Notes: generated from the letters alone by a model not told the origin. Shown: positions 29,889-43,550, numbered from the stretch's first letter. The stretch: DNA of 64,000 nt from Alphaproteobacteria bacterium (GCA_965220745.1 CBDCQT010000012.1:256001-320000), one strand, 5' to 3'. Made by a program: numbers and translations.

Positions 29889-30034
29889 ATCTTATTAGTT
29901 TCCAAAGACTTAATGCCCCACGGTCAGATGAACGCGGTTTGTGCCGAAAGCTTGGTTAATGCGCCTGTAATGATTGTCAAGCTGCTTCGCCTTCAAAGTA
30001 GGCTGTGATCCAGGCAGATCGGATATTGCTCTAG
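29864..30034. mobile_element. MITE / internally deleted IS remnant, 171 bp
   Basis: Left CTGGAGCAATATCCGACCTGAGTGAATC versus reverse complement of right CTAGAGCAATATCCGATCTGCCTGGATC; AT-rich non-coding interior. Confidence 0.7.
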
Positions 30035-30601
30035 CTGTTTATCGCGCCTGCAGATGGTCTGGAACGGTCTCTAAGTTTCTTTCTTGAAGCACCTATAAGG
30101 TACCTGCTGATGGGCACCGCGTGGTGGTGTCCTCAGATGTTGTGCAATCGGCCGCCGCGGGAAGGGGCAGTGGTGCGAGCGCCGCCGCCCGTTTCACTCC
30201 GCTCTCATTTGATCGCAGCGGCTGCCCATCGGGCGTGCGCCGACCATATCATACCCGATACGGATATTCGCAGTTTGGCGCGTCACGGGCCGGACATCGC
30301 ATCTGCAGGCTTGCACGTCCCAAGTCGCATGCCTTTCGTGGTGTTCGCTGAGCGAGTTAAAGTAAAGAGAATCCGAATTCCAGGATTCAAGACAGAATAG
30401 TCGTAGGAGTCTTCGGGTCATCGGTCTTCATCGGGAAGAATTTGACGTCTTTCATTGTATCATTGTATGAGTTCATAACGTATTGGACAATTGAACGCGG
30501 AAGATGGGCCAAAATTCATTGCCGATTGTTGCGACGATACAACTATTCATCCAGCTGGTACACATGGCTACTGTATGCTCTAACTTGCAATTCATAACAT
30601 T

Positions 30602-31495
30602 GCCATCACGCCGGCGTCGAGCCACCGTGCGCGGGCGTCCCTGTCGGAGTGGCTGGAGTTGCGCGGGATGACGGGTATCGCCGGCGTCGACACGCGTGAG
30701 ATCACCCGTCTTCTGCGCGAGAAGGGAGCGCAGAACTGCGTGGTCGCCTACGACAGCAGCGGTGTCTTCGATATGGATGCCCTGCTCGCTGCTGCTGCCC
30801 GTGAGACCGGCCCTCTCGGGCAGGACATGGCCTGCGGCGCGACGGTCACGGAGAGTTTCGACATACCGGGCGCCGGAACCGGCGACACGGCACCGAACCC
30901 GCGCGTGGTCGTGGTGGACTACGGGGTCAAGGGCAACATCGTCGCCAGCCTTGTTCGCAGGGGGATCGACGTCACGGTCGTGCCGGCGGACTCCTCCTCA
31001 AAGGATATTCTGGCGCACGATCCCGACGGTATTCTGCTGTCCAACGGTCCCGGCGATCCGATGGCCGTGGCGCCCTATACCGTTCCCATGATCGAGACCC
31101 TGCTCGAGCGGAAGCTGCCGTTCTTCGGCATCTGCCTGGGGCATCAGCTCCTGGCCCTGGCGCTCGGCGGAAGGGTGACCAAGATGCATTTCGGCCATCA
31201 CGGCGCCAATCACCCTGTTCTGGAGACCGCCAGCGGCCGCGTGGCGATCACCAGCCAGAATCACGGTTTCGTCGTTGATCGCGAGAGCTTGCCGGAGAAG
31301 GCGTGGGTCACGCACGTGTCGCTGTTCGACGGATCGCTGGCGGGTTTCGAAACCGTCGATCGGCAGATTATGTCCGTGCAGTACCATCCCGAGGCGTCGC
31401 CGGGCCCCCATGACGCGGAGCCGCTCTTCGATCGCTTCGCCGCTCGTGTGAAGAACCACCGCGCCGCCGCGCGACGGGCTCCACTTGCCGCTTGA
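30602..31495 (+). pseudogene. carA: Second, 5'-truncated carbamoyl-phosphate synthase small subunit
   Basis: [39 protein letters not shown]; about the first 80 aa are replaced by AT-rich sequence. Confidence 0.82.
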
Positions 31496-31644
31496 TCGCG
31501 TGCCAGATTCTATCCGTCAAGATCGCACATGCCGAACAACGGACAGGCGACTAAAGGCAGCCATGCATCGAATTCGCCACGCGAGATTTGGAACGGCGGT
31601 CCCGACTCTCCTTGTGCTGGTGGGCGATGACGGGGGAGGCAGCC

Positions 31645-32778
31645 GTGGATAACCTGGAAAGACTCGATTCTCTTCTTCGAGAATTCGACGAGTTGAGCCG
31701 GCATTCCGTTGGCTATCCCTGCAATCTGGATTTCGACTACGCGGCGCTGCTGCCCTTTATGCAGTACGCTCTCAACAACGTCGGCGACCCCTTCCACGAC
31801 AGCAACTTCCAGAGCAACACACACGAGATCGAGCGCGAGGTCATCGGCATCTTCGCTGATTTGATGCACATTTCGCGCGAACAGGTGTGGGGCTATGTCA
31901 CCTCGGGCGGCACCGAGGGCAACATGTACGGCCTCTATCTCGGGCGGGAACTCCATCCCGACGGCGTGGTCTATTTCTCCCAGGATACCCACTACAGCGT
32001 CGTCAAGATCATGAGCGTGCTGAAGGTGCGCAACATCATGATCAGGAGCCAGGACAACGGAGAGATCGATTACGACGACCTCCACGAGACGCTTCGCATT
32101 AACCGGGACGTGCCCGCAATCGTGATGGCGAACATCGGCACGACGATGAAGGGCGCGATCGACGACGTAGGTAAGATCCGCGGCATCCTGGACGACCTCG
32201 CGGTGACAAGGTCCTACCTGCACGCGGACGCTGCCCTGAGCGGCATGATACTTCCGTTCGTGGACGACCCGCAGCCCTACGGGTTCGACGCAGGCTTCGA
32301 CAGCGTTGCGATCAGCGGGCACAAGATGGTGGGTTGTCCTCTGCCCTGCGGCGTCGCGCTGACCCGGCGCGAATACGTCTCACGCATCGCGCGCGCCGTC
32401 GAGTACGTGGGCGTGCTGGACACCACGCTCACGGGCTCGCGCAACGCGCTGACGCCGCTGATGATGTGGTACGCGTTCGAGCAGAAGGGGCTGGACGGCT
32501 TCAGGCGCATCGTGAACGGATGCCTCGAGACGGCTGACTACGCGGTCAGGCGCTTCAACGACGGCGGCATCCCCGCGTGGCGCAACAGGAACTCGGTCAC
32601 CGTCGTGTTTCCCAGGCCACCAGCGGATGTCGTGCGCAAGTGGCAGCTAGCGCCCTACGAGGACATCGCGCATCTCATCGCGATGCCGCACGTGACCCGC
32701 GAGACCATCGACGCCGTGGTGGACGACTGCATGCGTGGAGCAACGGCACCAGGAGACGAAACGGGGACAACCGCATGA
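31645..32778 (+). CDS. hdc: PLP-dependent histidine decarboxylase (group II; serine decarboxylase-related)
   Basis: GYPCNLDFDY, NNVGDPF, GYVTSGGTEGN, HADAALSG, SGHK; 377 aa from GTG after GGAGG. Confidence 0.85.
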   Translation: MDNLERLDSLLREFDELSRHSVGYPCNLDFDYAALLPFMQYALNNVGDPFHDSNFQSNTHEIEREVIGIFADLMHISREQVWGYVTSGGTEGNMYGLYLGRELHPDGVVYFSQDTHYSVVKIMSVLKVRNIMIRSQDNGEIDYDDLHETLRINRDVPAIVMANIGTTMKGAIDDVGKIRGILDDLAVTRSYLHADAALSGMILPFVDDPQPYGFDAGFDSVAISGHKMVGCPLPCGVALTRREYVSRIARAVEYVGVLDTTLTGSRNALTPLMMWYAFEQKGLDGFRRIVNGCLETADYAVRRFNDGGIPAWRNRNSVTVVFPRPPADVVRKWQLAPYEDIAHLIAMPHVTRETIDAVVDDCMRGATAPGDETGTTA

Positions 32779-33167
32779 CCAGGATCGTCGTCATCGCCAA
32801 CAACGAGGCGGGCGTCATCGCCGACATCGCCGGAGCCTTGGCCGAGCGCAACATCAATATCGAAACCATCAGCGCAGAGGCGCTGGGGGAGAAGGGCGCG
32901 ATAACGCTCACCGCGGACGATCACGACGGCGCCCTGCGCGCGCTGACGGACGCGGGATTCAAGACTGTATCCGACGAATCGCTGGTCCTGAGACTGCGCG
33001 ACGAGCCGGGCGCGCTGGCCAGGCTGGCGGAGAAGTTCAAGCAGGCCGGCGTGAATATTCGGAGCCTGCACTTTCTGGACCGCCGAAACGGCTACGCCAC
33101 GGTCGCCATATCCGCCGACGACCGCGCCAAGGTGGAGTCGCTGGTGGAGCCGGAGGCGGCGGTATGA
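32775..33167 (+). CDS. Tandem ACT-domain protein
   Basis: NNEAGVIADIAGALAERNINI and RDEPGALARLAEKFKQAGVNI; ATGA overlap with hdc. Confidence 0.85.
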   Translation: MTRIVVIANNEAGVIADIAGALAERNINIETISAEALGEKGAITLTADDHDGALRALTDAGFKTVSDESLVLRLRDEPGALARLAEKFKQAGVNIRSLHFLDRRNGYATVAISADDRAKVESLVEPEAAV

Positions 33168-33673
33168 GGAGGACACGGGACACACAATGTATGGCAGTGC
33201 AAATGCAGCAATCCGCCCTACCACTATGCTCTCGGATCGCTGCACGATTCGGCGGCGTCGTTCGATCCTTCCGAATCGAGGTACATCGATGGGTAGCTGC
33301 AGCGACCGGCGCCCGCTGTGCGCGCCGAATAACTGCTCGTTCCGAGGCCTATCCAACACGGCACGACCTTGGTCAGGAGCAGCCGGTGCGAAACGGCGGA
33401 AGCCATGGCCGCAGACACAGGCCGCGGGCTTCCGGAAGAGGCTGTCGGGCAGAAGGCCGGGATCGCCTCGGCTGGCGGTTACACGCCGACCCGCGACCGC
33501 GGTCTCTCGGTCTGCGCCGCCAGCTCCCTGCCGTGGCTCGCCCCCGGCGCGGCGGCGAACGCCTTACCCCGGCCGGGCACCGCGCGTCAGGCCAAGCCCG
33601 ATAGTGGCTCGGACACAGAAGGGAATGTTGAGCGGGACAAGAGCCATGTTCGGCCCGCACGGAAACGGGGTAG

Positions 33674-35968
<2,295 letters not shown>

Positions 35969-36529
35969 CTGCAGGGCCGGAGCCGGCTTCCCCGCTCCAA
36001 AGCCTCCGAAAGACGGTCCAGAGGCAAACGGCGGCAACGAGAGTGTCGTCATTTCCTGCCGTTGCCCGCGTACCTCGCTATACGCCTCCGGTACGACCGG
36101 GCGAGGATGCCGCTTTGCGGCGAGCCCCCGAAGCTGTTGCTCGGCGTGCAATTTTGACCTCCCAGTATCGAGCCACTTCAATAGCTTATCGCGCCGATCG
36201 GCGCGCAACCGACGTGCCGATCAACATGTTGCGCGGCGGGCATGCCGCGAAGGGCGCCGGAAACGCGGATTGGCGCATGCCCCGGACGCGCAGTCGGGTC
36301 CTCGATTTGAGCCGCACCGCGAAATCCCTTCTGAATCTAGTGCTCGGCCAAGTCGGCGACGGTCGGGCCGCCGTTCAGCATAGTGGCAAGCAGTAGCCTT
36401 CGGGTCTGTTCGGCTCTTCCTCTCCGCATCGCGCAACGCGGCACCGAGACAACGGTGCTTGTCGTCCGAGAGGGAATCCGCTCGTGCCTGTGCCTGGGGT
36501 ACTTCTTGACGTGCCGGTGCGGGGCGCGT

Positions 36530-36954
36530 CTACCCCTCGAGGACGCTGCGCTGCACCCTCGCGACCGTCTCCACCATGTGCACGGGGATGCGGATCGTGG
36601 GACCGGTCTCGGAGATCGCCCGCGCCAACGACTGCCGGATCCACCAGGTCGCATAGGTCGAGAACTTGAAGCCCGGTGACAGTCGAACTTGTCCACCGCC
36701 CTCATCAGGCGGGCGTTGCCCTCCTGGATCAGGTCGGGGAGAGCCAGGCCCCTATTCCGGTACTTCTTCGTGATCGAGACCACGAGGCGCAAGTTGGCCC
36801 CGATTATCTCGTCGGTGGCTTGCTGCGCCTCGCGCTCGCCGCCTAGAAGCATCTCCGCGGTCCGCCTGAGTTCCGCGGGCTCCGTCGCCGTCTCTCGGGC
36901 AAGCGCCAGGATCTCGCGGCGCAGCTCGAGAACCTCGGTGCGGTTCTCCCTGCG
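36530..36954 (-). pseudogene. rpoD: RpoD (sigma-70) region 2 fragment, frameshifted
   Basis: [34 protein letters not shown], frameshift, then [25 protein letters not shown]. Confidence 0.85.
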
Positions 36955-37421
36955 CTACGTGTTCTGACCTCGAATCCGTCTTGGCGGACCCGGTAAGGTG
37001 AGAGGCTCAGAGCATGCGCCATGCAGGCTTCGGATGAGCCGCCATTTTGTTGGGAGCCCTGAACAGGCAGCAACCGACTACTGGCGAAGTGACCGGTTTT
37101 CTGTTGCCATTGCCGATGGCGATGGGGGCCGGCTGCTTGTGCGATGACGATCGCGCCCCTGCGGACAGAGGCCCACCAAGACATTGCGGTGTGATGGCGG
37201 GCGACCCTGTCACGGTCATCGTGTGCGCGCAGCCGACCGTGACAAGAAGTGAGCCGAGGATGTTCGACAGCGATGTCCCGAGGCACGGTGACGGAAACGG
37301 ACGCGGACGCACCGGGGTGCAGCAGCCGGAAGCCCGCCGCGAGTTCGTGTCCGATTGACTGCCGACGCTCAAGGATTGACGGTACGGCAGCCAGGACCAC
37401 TCGGGTAGCCTCGATACGGCC

Positions 37422-40298
37422 ATGAAGCCCTCGGCACCGCCGGCCGACGATGCGGAAGCCGACCATTCGGCCCATCTGCTTCGCCTGATTGAGAGCCTGT
37501 ACCGGGAGGTCCACCCCGGACGCGCTCCGCCGCCAGTCTCTCTCGAGAGCAGGCTGACCGAGGATCTGGGCTTCGACAGCCTGGGACGCACGGAATTGCT
37601 GCTGCGCGTCGAACGGGAGTTTTCTGTCTCGCTGCCCGCAGAGACGCTGGCCGGGGTGGAGACCGCGGCCGATCTCTGGCGCGCCATCGAGGCGGCCGCT
37701 CCCCGGCGCGAACGCCGGACCGCACAATCTGCAGCCGCCGCGCTTCCGGATCCGGTCGAATCGATACCGCGAGACGCCGGGACCCTGACCGAGACGCTCG
37801 ACTGGCAGGCGGCGGTCCACCCGGATCGTACCCACGTCTGGCTGATGGAACGGGAAGGCGACTGCGAGACCATCAGCTACGCGCAGCTTCGCGAGCGGGC
37901 ACTCGCCGTCGCGGGCGGGCTTCTGGAAGCCGGACTGATGCCGGGCGCCCGCGTTGCCCTGATGCTGCCCACGTGCGCCGGATTCCTCCATGCCTTCATC
38001 GGGATTCTCTATGCCGGGTGCGTCCCGGTTCCGATCTATCCGCCTGCACGGCTGTCGCAGCTCGAAGATCATCTGCGCCGTCAGGCTGCGATCCTCGCGA
38101 ATGCAGAGGCCGAACTGCTGATCACGGTGCGCGAGGGCCTCGCGCTGGCGCATTTCCTGCGCTCGACGGTCGAGAGCATGCGGTCGATCGAGACCGTGGA
38201 CAGCCTGGTGGCCGCCGGCGGTTCGGAACGGGGTCCGACCCGCACAGCGGAGGACGTGGCCCTTGTTCAATACACCTCCGGCAGCACGGGGGATCCCAAA
38301 GGCGTGGTGCTCAGCCACGCCAACCTGCTCGCCAATATCCGCGCCATGGGCCAGGCCATGGCCGTCGAGCCCGACCGCGACGTCTTCGTCAGCTGGCTGC
38401 CGCTCTACCACGACATGGGACTGATCGGCGCGTGGCTCGGCAGCCTCTATTTCGCGGTTCCGGTGTCGATCATGTCGCCATTGTTGTTTCTGGCCCGGCC
38501 GGAGAGCTGGCTGTGGGAGATACATGCGCGCCGGGGAACCCTGTCGGGAGCGCCGAACTTCGCCTATGACCTCTGCGCCCACCGCATCGACGACCGAGCG
38601 ATCGAGGGTCTCGATCTGAGTTCGGCGCGGATGGTGGTGAACGGCGCGGAGCCCGTGCGGGCCTCTTCGGTTCGTGCCTTCTGCGAACGCTTCGCCGCCT
38701 ACGGATTCGACCCCGGGGCGCTGTCCCCGGTCTACGGCCTGGCCGAGAACAGCGTGGGTCTGGCGTTTCCGCCGCCCGGCCGGGGGCTGCTGTGCGACCG
38801 CATCGATCGAAGCGCGCTGGCGGCGCGCTCCGAAGCGGTGCCGGTGCCGGCCGGTCACGGCGATGCGCTGGAAGTGGTGGCGTGCGGCTCCCCGATCCCC
38901 GGACATCAGTTCCGGGTCGTCGACGAGAGCGGCCGCGAAGTGGCGGAACGTCGCCAGGGGCGGCTGCAATTCATGGGTCCCTCCGCGACCCGCGGCTACC
39001 GGCTCAACGAGAGGGCGACGCGGGAGCTGTTCGACGGGGAGTGGCTGGAGACCGGCGATCTGGCCTACGTCGCCGGGGGCGACGTCTATCTCACGGGCAG
39101 GATCAAGGACGTCATCATTCGGGGCGGCCGCAACATCCACCCGCACGAGGTGGAGGCCGCCGTCGGGGACCTCACGGGCGTTCGGCGGGGATGCGTCGCG
39201 GTGTTCGCTGCCTCTGTTGCGGACGAGGCCGAAAAGCTGGTGGTGGTCGCGGAGACGCGCGAGGAGTCCGGCGAGACCCGTGCGCGGCTGCGACGCGACG
39301 TCGAGGCGGCGGCCTTGGACGTTGCGGGAGTGGCGCCGGACGAGGTCGTGCTGGCGCCGCCGCGTTCCGTGCTCAAGACCTCGAGCGGCAAGGTGAGGCG
39401 CGGCGCCACCCGCGCGTGCTACCTGGAAGGGCGTCTGGAGCGACCCGGTGCCGCACTGTGGTGGCAGCTCGTTCGCCTGGCGCTGTCGGGGGTGATGGCC
39501 AGGGTTTCCGCGGCGCACCGCGCGACCTTGGACCGTGCGTTCGCCGCCTACTGGTGGGCGGTGCTGGCCGCGCTGGCGCTGGTCGTGTGGCCTTCGGCGG
39601 TCGCATTGCCGCGGCGCGCCTGGCGCTGGTGGGCGCTCCGCGTCGCCGCTCACCTGATGTTGACGCTCACGGGCACGCGCTTGACGGTGGATGGCGCGAT
39701 CGTGGCGGAGCGAGGCGTGATCGTCGTGGCCAATCACAGCAGCTACTTCGACAGTCTGGCGCTGGTGGCGGCCCTGCCCGGCGAGACCGCGTTCGTCGCC
39801 AAGGCGGAGCTCGCGCCGCAGCTCTTTGCGGGGACGCTGCTACGGCGCATCGGCACGCTGTTCGTGGAGCGGTTCGACGAGGCGCGCGGGGTCAGCGATC
39901 TGGACGTCGTGGTCGAGGCGGCCCGCGCGGGGCGGCGGGTGGCGGTCTACCCGGAAGGGACCCTGACCCGACGCCCCGGCCTCCTCGCTTTCAAGCTCGG
40001 CGCGTTCGCTGCAGCAGCAGCCGCAGACGTTCCCGTGGTGCCGGTGACGCTGCGCGGTACCCGGTCGATACTGCGGGGCGGGCAATGGTTTCCCCGCCCC
40101 GGAAACGTGCATGTGACGATCGGCCCTCCGGTCGCTGCGAGGGGATCCGGCTTCGACGCGGCGATCCGGCTGCGGGACGAGGCGCGGGCGGCGATCCTGC
40201 CCAGCTGCGGAGAGCCGGATCTCGCCGAGGAAGCGACCCTGCTGGCGGATCGCAGGAAGAGGCGGCCATCGCCGGCCGGCGGTGCCGCCCCGTCCTGA
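37422..40298 (+). CDS. ACP + fatty acyl-AMP ligase-like adenylation domain + PlsC-type acyltransferase fusion
   Basis: LGFDSL, QYTSGSTGDPKG, SWLPLYHDMGLIG, KTSSGK, ANHSSYFD, YPEGT. Confidence 0.9.
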   Translation: MKPSAPPADDAEADHSAHLLRLIESLYREVHPGRAPPPVSLESRLTEDLGFDSLGRTELLLRVEREFSVSLPAETLAGVETAADLWRAIEAAAPRRERRTAQSAAAALPDPVESIPRDAGTLTETLDWQAAVHPDRTHVWLMEREGDCETISYAQLRERALAVAGGLLEAGLMPGARVALMLPTCAGFLHAFIGILYAGCVPVPIYPPARLSQLEDHLRRQAAILANAEAELLITVREGLALAHFLRSTVESMRSIETVDSLVAAGGSERGPTRTAEDVALVQYTSGSTGDPKGVVLSHANLLANIRAMGQAMAVEPDRDVFVSWLPLYHDMGLIGAWLGSLYFAVPVSIMSPLLFLARPESWLWEIHARRGTLSGAPNFAYDLCAHRIDDRAIEGLDLSSARMVVNGAEPVRASSVRAFCERFAAYGFDPGALSPVYGLAENSVGLAFPPPGRGLLCDRIDRSALAARSEAVPVPAGHGDALEVVACGSPIPGHQFRVVDESGREVAERRQGRLQFMGPSATRGYRLNERATRELFDGEWLETGDLAYVAGGDVYLTGRIKDVIIRGGRNIHPHEVEAAVGDLTGVRRGCVAVFAASVADEAEKLVVVAETREESGETRARLRRDVEAAALDVAGVAPDEVVLAPPRSVLKTSSGKVRRGATRACYLEGRLERPGAALWWQLVRLALSGVMARVSAAHRATLDRAFAAYWWAVLAALALVVWPSAVALPRRAWRWWALRVAAHLMLTLTGTRLTVDGAIVAERGVIVVANHSSYFDSLALVAALPGETAFVAKAELAPQLFAGTLLRRIGTLFVERFDEARGVSDLDVVVEAARAGRRVAVYPEGTLTRRPGLLAFKLGAFAAAAAADVPVVPVTLRGTRSILRGGQWFPRPGNVHVTIGPPVAARGSGFDAAIRLRDEARAAILPSCGEPDLAEEATLLADRRKRRPSPAGGAAPS

Positions 40299-40396
40299 CG
40301 GCGCGGTTTGCCGCGAGTGGAGCTGCCGGCAGATCGACACCCAGACCGCGTGTCCCTACAGTGTCGTGGACAGGGCGGGCTGCCGGGGGGAACGGC

Positions 40397-41752
40397 ATGC
40401 CGGGCAAGCGCAAGGCCATTTGGGGGTGGATGTTCTTCGACTGGGCGGCCCAGCCCTTCTACACGCTCGTCCTCACGTTCGTCTTCGGTCCCTATTTCGT
40501 GTCCGAAGTGGTTGCCGATCCAGCGCAGGGCCAGGCCTTGTGGGGTCTTGCGATCGCGGTGGGCTCGATCGTCGTCGCGCTGACGGCTCCGTTGCTGGGC
40601 GCCGTCGCTGACGCGAGAGGACCGCGCAAGCCGTGGATCGTCGGTTTTTCCGTCCTCTATGTCGTCGGCGCCGCCGGGCTTTGGGGAGCAGTGCCGGGAT
40701 CGGCCGATCTCACGGCGATCCTGGCCTTCCTCGTTCTCGCCCTGATCGGGGCCGAGTTCACGGGAGTGTTCACCAACGCTGCCTTGCCGTCGCTCGGCGG
40801 CAGGAACGAAATCGGCCGCATTTCCGGCTCCGGCTGGGCGCTGGGATACTGGGGAGGGTTGGCGAGCCTCGTGATCGTGCTCGGTCTGATGGCGCCGGTG
40901 CCGGGATCGGAGAGAACCGTGACCGGCCTCGTCCCGATCTTCGGCCTCGACCCCGCGCTAGGCGAGGGCGCTCGCGCCGCCGGCCCGCTGTCGGCCGTCT
41001 GGTACATCGTCTTCATCGTCCCGTTCTTTCTCTGGACCCCCGACGCGAAGCGCGAGGCCCCGGCCACGAACACCGTCATTCGGGGGCTGAAGGACCTGAA
41101 GGACACCCTGGCTTCCCTGCCCTCGCGGGGCAGCTTCCTCGCCTATCTCGCCTCCTCGATGTTCTACCGCGACGCGCTCGGCGGGCTCTTCATCTTCGGC
41201 GGCATCTACGCGGCGGGCGTTCTGGAATGGGGCATGTTCGAGCTCGGCGTGTTCGGGGTGGTCGGCCTCGTCGCCGGCGCGGCGGGAGCCTGGATCGGTG
41301 GCCGTGCCGACGTGCGGTTCGGACCGAAACCCGTGATCGTCGCCACCATCCTCGCCTTGATGATCTTCTCCTTCATCATCATCACCACCGGCCCGGACGA
41401 GGTTCTGTTCATCGGCGTCGGCACCGCCGAGGCGCCATCGAGCCTGCCGACCATCGTGTTCTACATCTGCGGTGCGGTCATCGGGGCGGCCGGAGGGCCG
41501 CTCCAGGCGGCGTCGCGAACCATGCTCGTGCGGCAGGCCGGAGAGGAGAGAATGACGGAGGCGTTCGGGCTCTACGCGCTGGCCGGCAAGGTGACCTCTT
41601 TCGTGGCCCCCCTTCTGGTCGCATTCGCCACCGACGCAAGCGGCAGCCAGCGCGTCGGCGTCACGCCGATACTGGCCCTCTTCCTCGTCGGCCTGGTCCT
41701 CATGGTCTGGGTGCACGCCGACGGCGCGGAAGGCCGCCGCCAGCAGGCTTGA
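40397..41752 (+). CDS. MFS transporter (UMF1/ATG22-like)
   Basis: WMFFDWAAQP, GRISGSGWALGYWGG, EAFGLYALAGK; about 12 TM segments. Confidence 0.88.
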   Translation: MPGKRKAIWGWMFFDWAAQPFYTLVLTFVFGPYFVSEVVADPAQGQALWGLAIAVGSIVVALTAPLLGAVADARGPRKPWIVGFSVLYVVGAAGLWGAVPGSADLTAILAFLVLALIGAEFTGVFTNAALPSLGGRNEIGRISGSGWALGYWGGLASLVIVLGLMAPVPGSERTVTGLVPIFGLDPALGEGARAAGPLSAVWYIVFIVPFFLWTPDAKREAPATNTVIRGLKDLKDTLASLPSRGSFLAYLASSMFYRDALGGLFIFGGIYAAGVLEWGMFELGVFGVVGLVAGAAGAWIGGRADVRFGPKPVIVATILALMIFSFIIITTGPDEVLFIGVGTAEAPSSLPTIVFYICGAVIGAAGGPLQAASRTMLVRQAGEERMTEAFGLYALAGKVTSFVAPLLVAFATDASGSQRVGVTPILALFLVGLVLMVWVHADGAEGRRQQA

Positions 41753-42042
41753 ATGAAGAGAATCCAATGGGCGATGACGGCAACGGTTTCGGACAGAGTT
41801 GAGCGCAAGGTGATGTCCGCAGGACCTCCTGCAGCTCGACGTCCACCTCGAGCACAGTCTTGGTCGCCGGCGGTGTCCCGCAGGTCGGGCACGCGGGCTT
41901 GCGGGCGGGGTAGACCGTGGCGCTGTTGCGAGCGCCGCGGGTGCGAGCTAAGTTATTTGCGGTCTCGTGCCGATTTTGAGATCCGCCGCGCCCGTCCCGG
42001 ACCCTGCATCCAGGCGGGCGCGTTCCTTTTCGAACCATAGGA

Positions 42043-42288
42043 TCATGACTTGCCCGCGTGCTGGCGCTTCGCGTCGGGGAGATCTGCCAGCCACCTCTGG
42101 ATGTCGGAGAGACGCCACGCGACGGCGCCGTTTGACCCAGGCCCGATACGCTTTGGCAGCGGAAAGCGCCCCTCTCGCATTGCGGCGTAGAGTCGCGAGG
42201 TGCTCATGCAGGTTATCTCCTAGACCTCGGGCCGGCGTAGCAGCCTGTCCGACATCAGGTCGATTTCTGGTGTGCCATTTGTGGCCAT
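42043..42288 (-). pseudogene. alpA: AlpA-family regulator/excisionase with premature stop
   Basis: DRLLRRPEV*EITCMSTSRLYAAMREGRFPLPKRIG...AVAWRLSDIQRWL; TAG at 42220-42222; not in the ORF track. Confidence 0.8.
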
Positions 42289-43550
42289 GATCCTCCCCCA
42301 TCGAGTTGGTCCACCCTTAGGTTATGGAAAGAGGAGGACCGACGATGGCAAGGAAGCGTTACAAGCCCGAGGAGATCGTGAGCCTGCTGCGGCGGGCTGA
42401 GGTTCTGAACGGCCAGGGCATGTCGATGGCGGACGCGATCCGCGAGCTTGGGATCAGCGAGGTTACCTTCTACCGCTGGCGCAAGGAGTATGCCGGGATG
42501 AGCGGCGATCAGCTCCGCCGTTTGAAGGAGCTCGAGAAGGAGAACGAGCGGCTGCGCCGTGCGGTCTCCGATCTGACGCTGGACAAGCAGATTCTCAAAG
42601 AGGCCGCAGGGGGAAACTTCTAAGCCCCTCGCGCCGGCGCCAGTGCATCGATCATGTCTGTGACCGGCTCGGGGTCTCGGAACGCCGCGCTTGCCGGGTG
42701 CTGGGGCAGCACCGCTCGACCCAGCGCCGCATCCCGCGCGGCCGCGACGACGAGGACCGCCTGGTCGCGTACATGATCGAGCTGGCCCGCCAGTACGGCC
42801 GTTACGGCTATCGCCGCATCGCGGCCCTGCTTCGCGATGCCGGCTGGCAGGTCAACGACAAGCGGATCGAGCGCTTGTGGCGGCGCGAGGGGCTGAAGGT
42901 GCCCGGCAAGCAACCGAAGCGGGGCCGGCTTTGGCTCAATGACGGCTCCTGCATCCGGCTGCGCGCCGAGAGGGCGGATCACGTCTGGTCCTACGACTTC
43001 GTCCATCACCGGACGTATGACGGCAGGGCCTTCCGCATGCTCAACGTCCTGGACGAGTTCACCCGCGAGAGCCTGGTCATCCGGGTGCGCAGGAGGCTTT
43101 CCTCGATCGACGTCATCGATGTGCTGACCGACCTGTTCATCCTGCGCGGCATTCCGACCTGGATCCGTTCCGACAACGGTCCGGAGTTCGTCGCCGAGGC
43201 CGTCAGGCGGTGGATCGCTGCGGTCAGCGCCCGCACCGCCTTCATCGAGCCGGGCTCACCCTGGGAGAACGGCTACATCGAGAGCTTCAATGCGCGGCTG
43301 CGCGACGAGCTCCTGAACGGGGAGATCTTCTACACCCTGAAGGAAGCCCAGGTTCTCATCGAATCGTGGCGGTGCCATTACAACGCGATCCGCCCACACG
43401 GCAGCCTGGGATACCGGCCGCCCGCCCCGGAGACGATCATCATGCCAAGCTGGCCGCCCGGCTCCGCTACGCTCCGCCGGCCACCCAGCTTGGCCGAGGA
43501 ACCCGCGATGCACTAACATTCGACCTGGACCAGTCGACGGGGGCAGGTCA
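42288..43550 (+). mobile_element. IS3-family insertion sequence, copy 2, 1263 bp
   Basis: Same TIRs as copy 1; 4-bp target duplication GCCA (42284-42287, 43551-43554). Confidence 0.95.
42345..43516 (+). CDS. IS3 transposase OrfAB (programmed -1 frameshift at GGGAAAC 42611-42617)
   Basis: OrfA ends GNF*; the -1 frame continues KLLSPSRRRQCID... into the DDE domain. Confidence 0.92.

Noticed and set aside
30440-30600. AT-rich stretch with a TAGAGCAT-like end near the carA truncation point, possible IS remnant
   Set aside because: No partner inverted repeat and no convincing transposase homology.
36843-39737. Long antisense and alternate-frame ORFs (also 14253-16598, 52933-54999, 47854-49767, 874-2436)
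   Set aside because: Shadow frames of real GC-rich genes; no recognisable motifs.
38792-41752. 986-aa ORF as a fusion protein
   Set aside because: The N-terminal 535 residues are an alternate frame over the acyltransferase gene; the MFS starts at 40397.
41753-42040. Short ORFs with a CPTC motif next to alpA
   Set aside because: No RBS or recognisable family; probably decayed island sequence.
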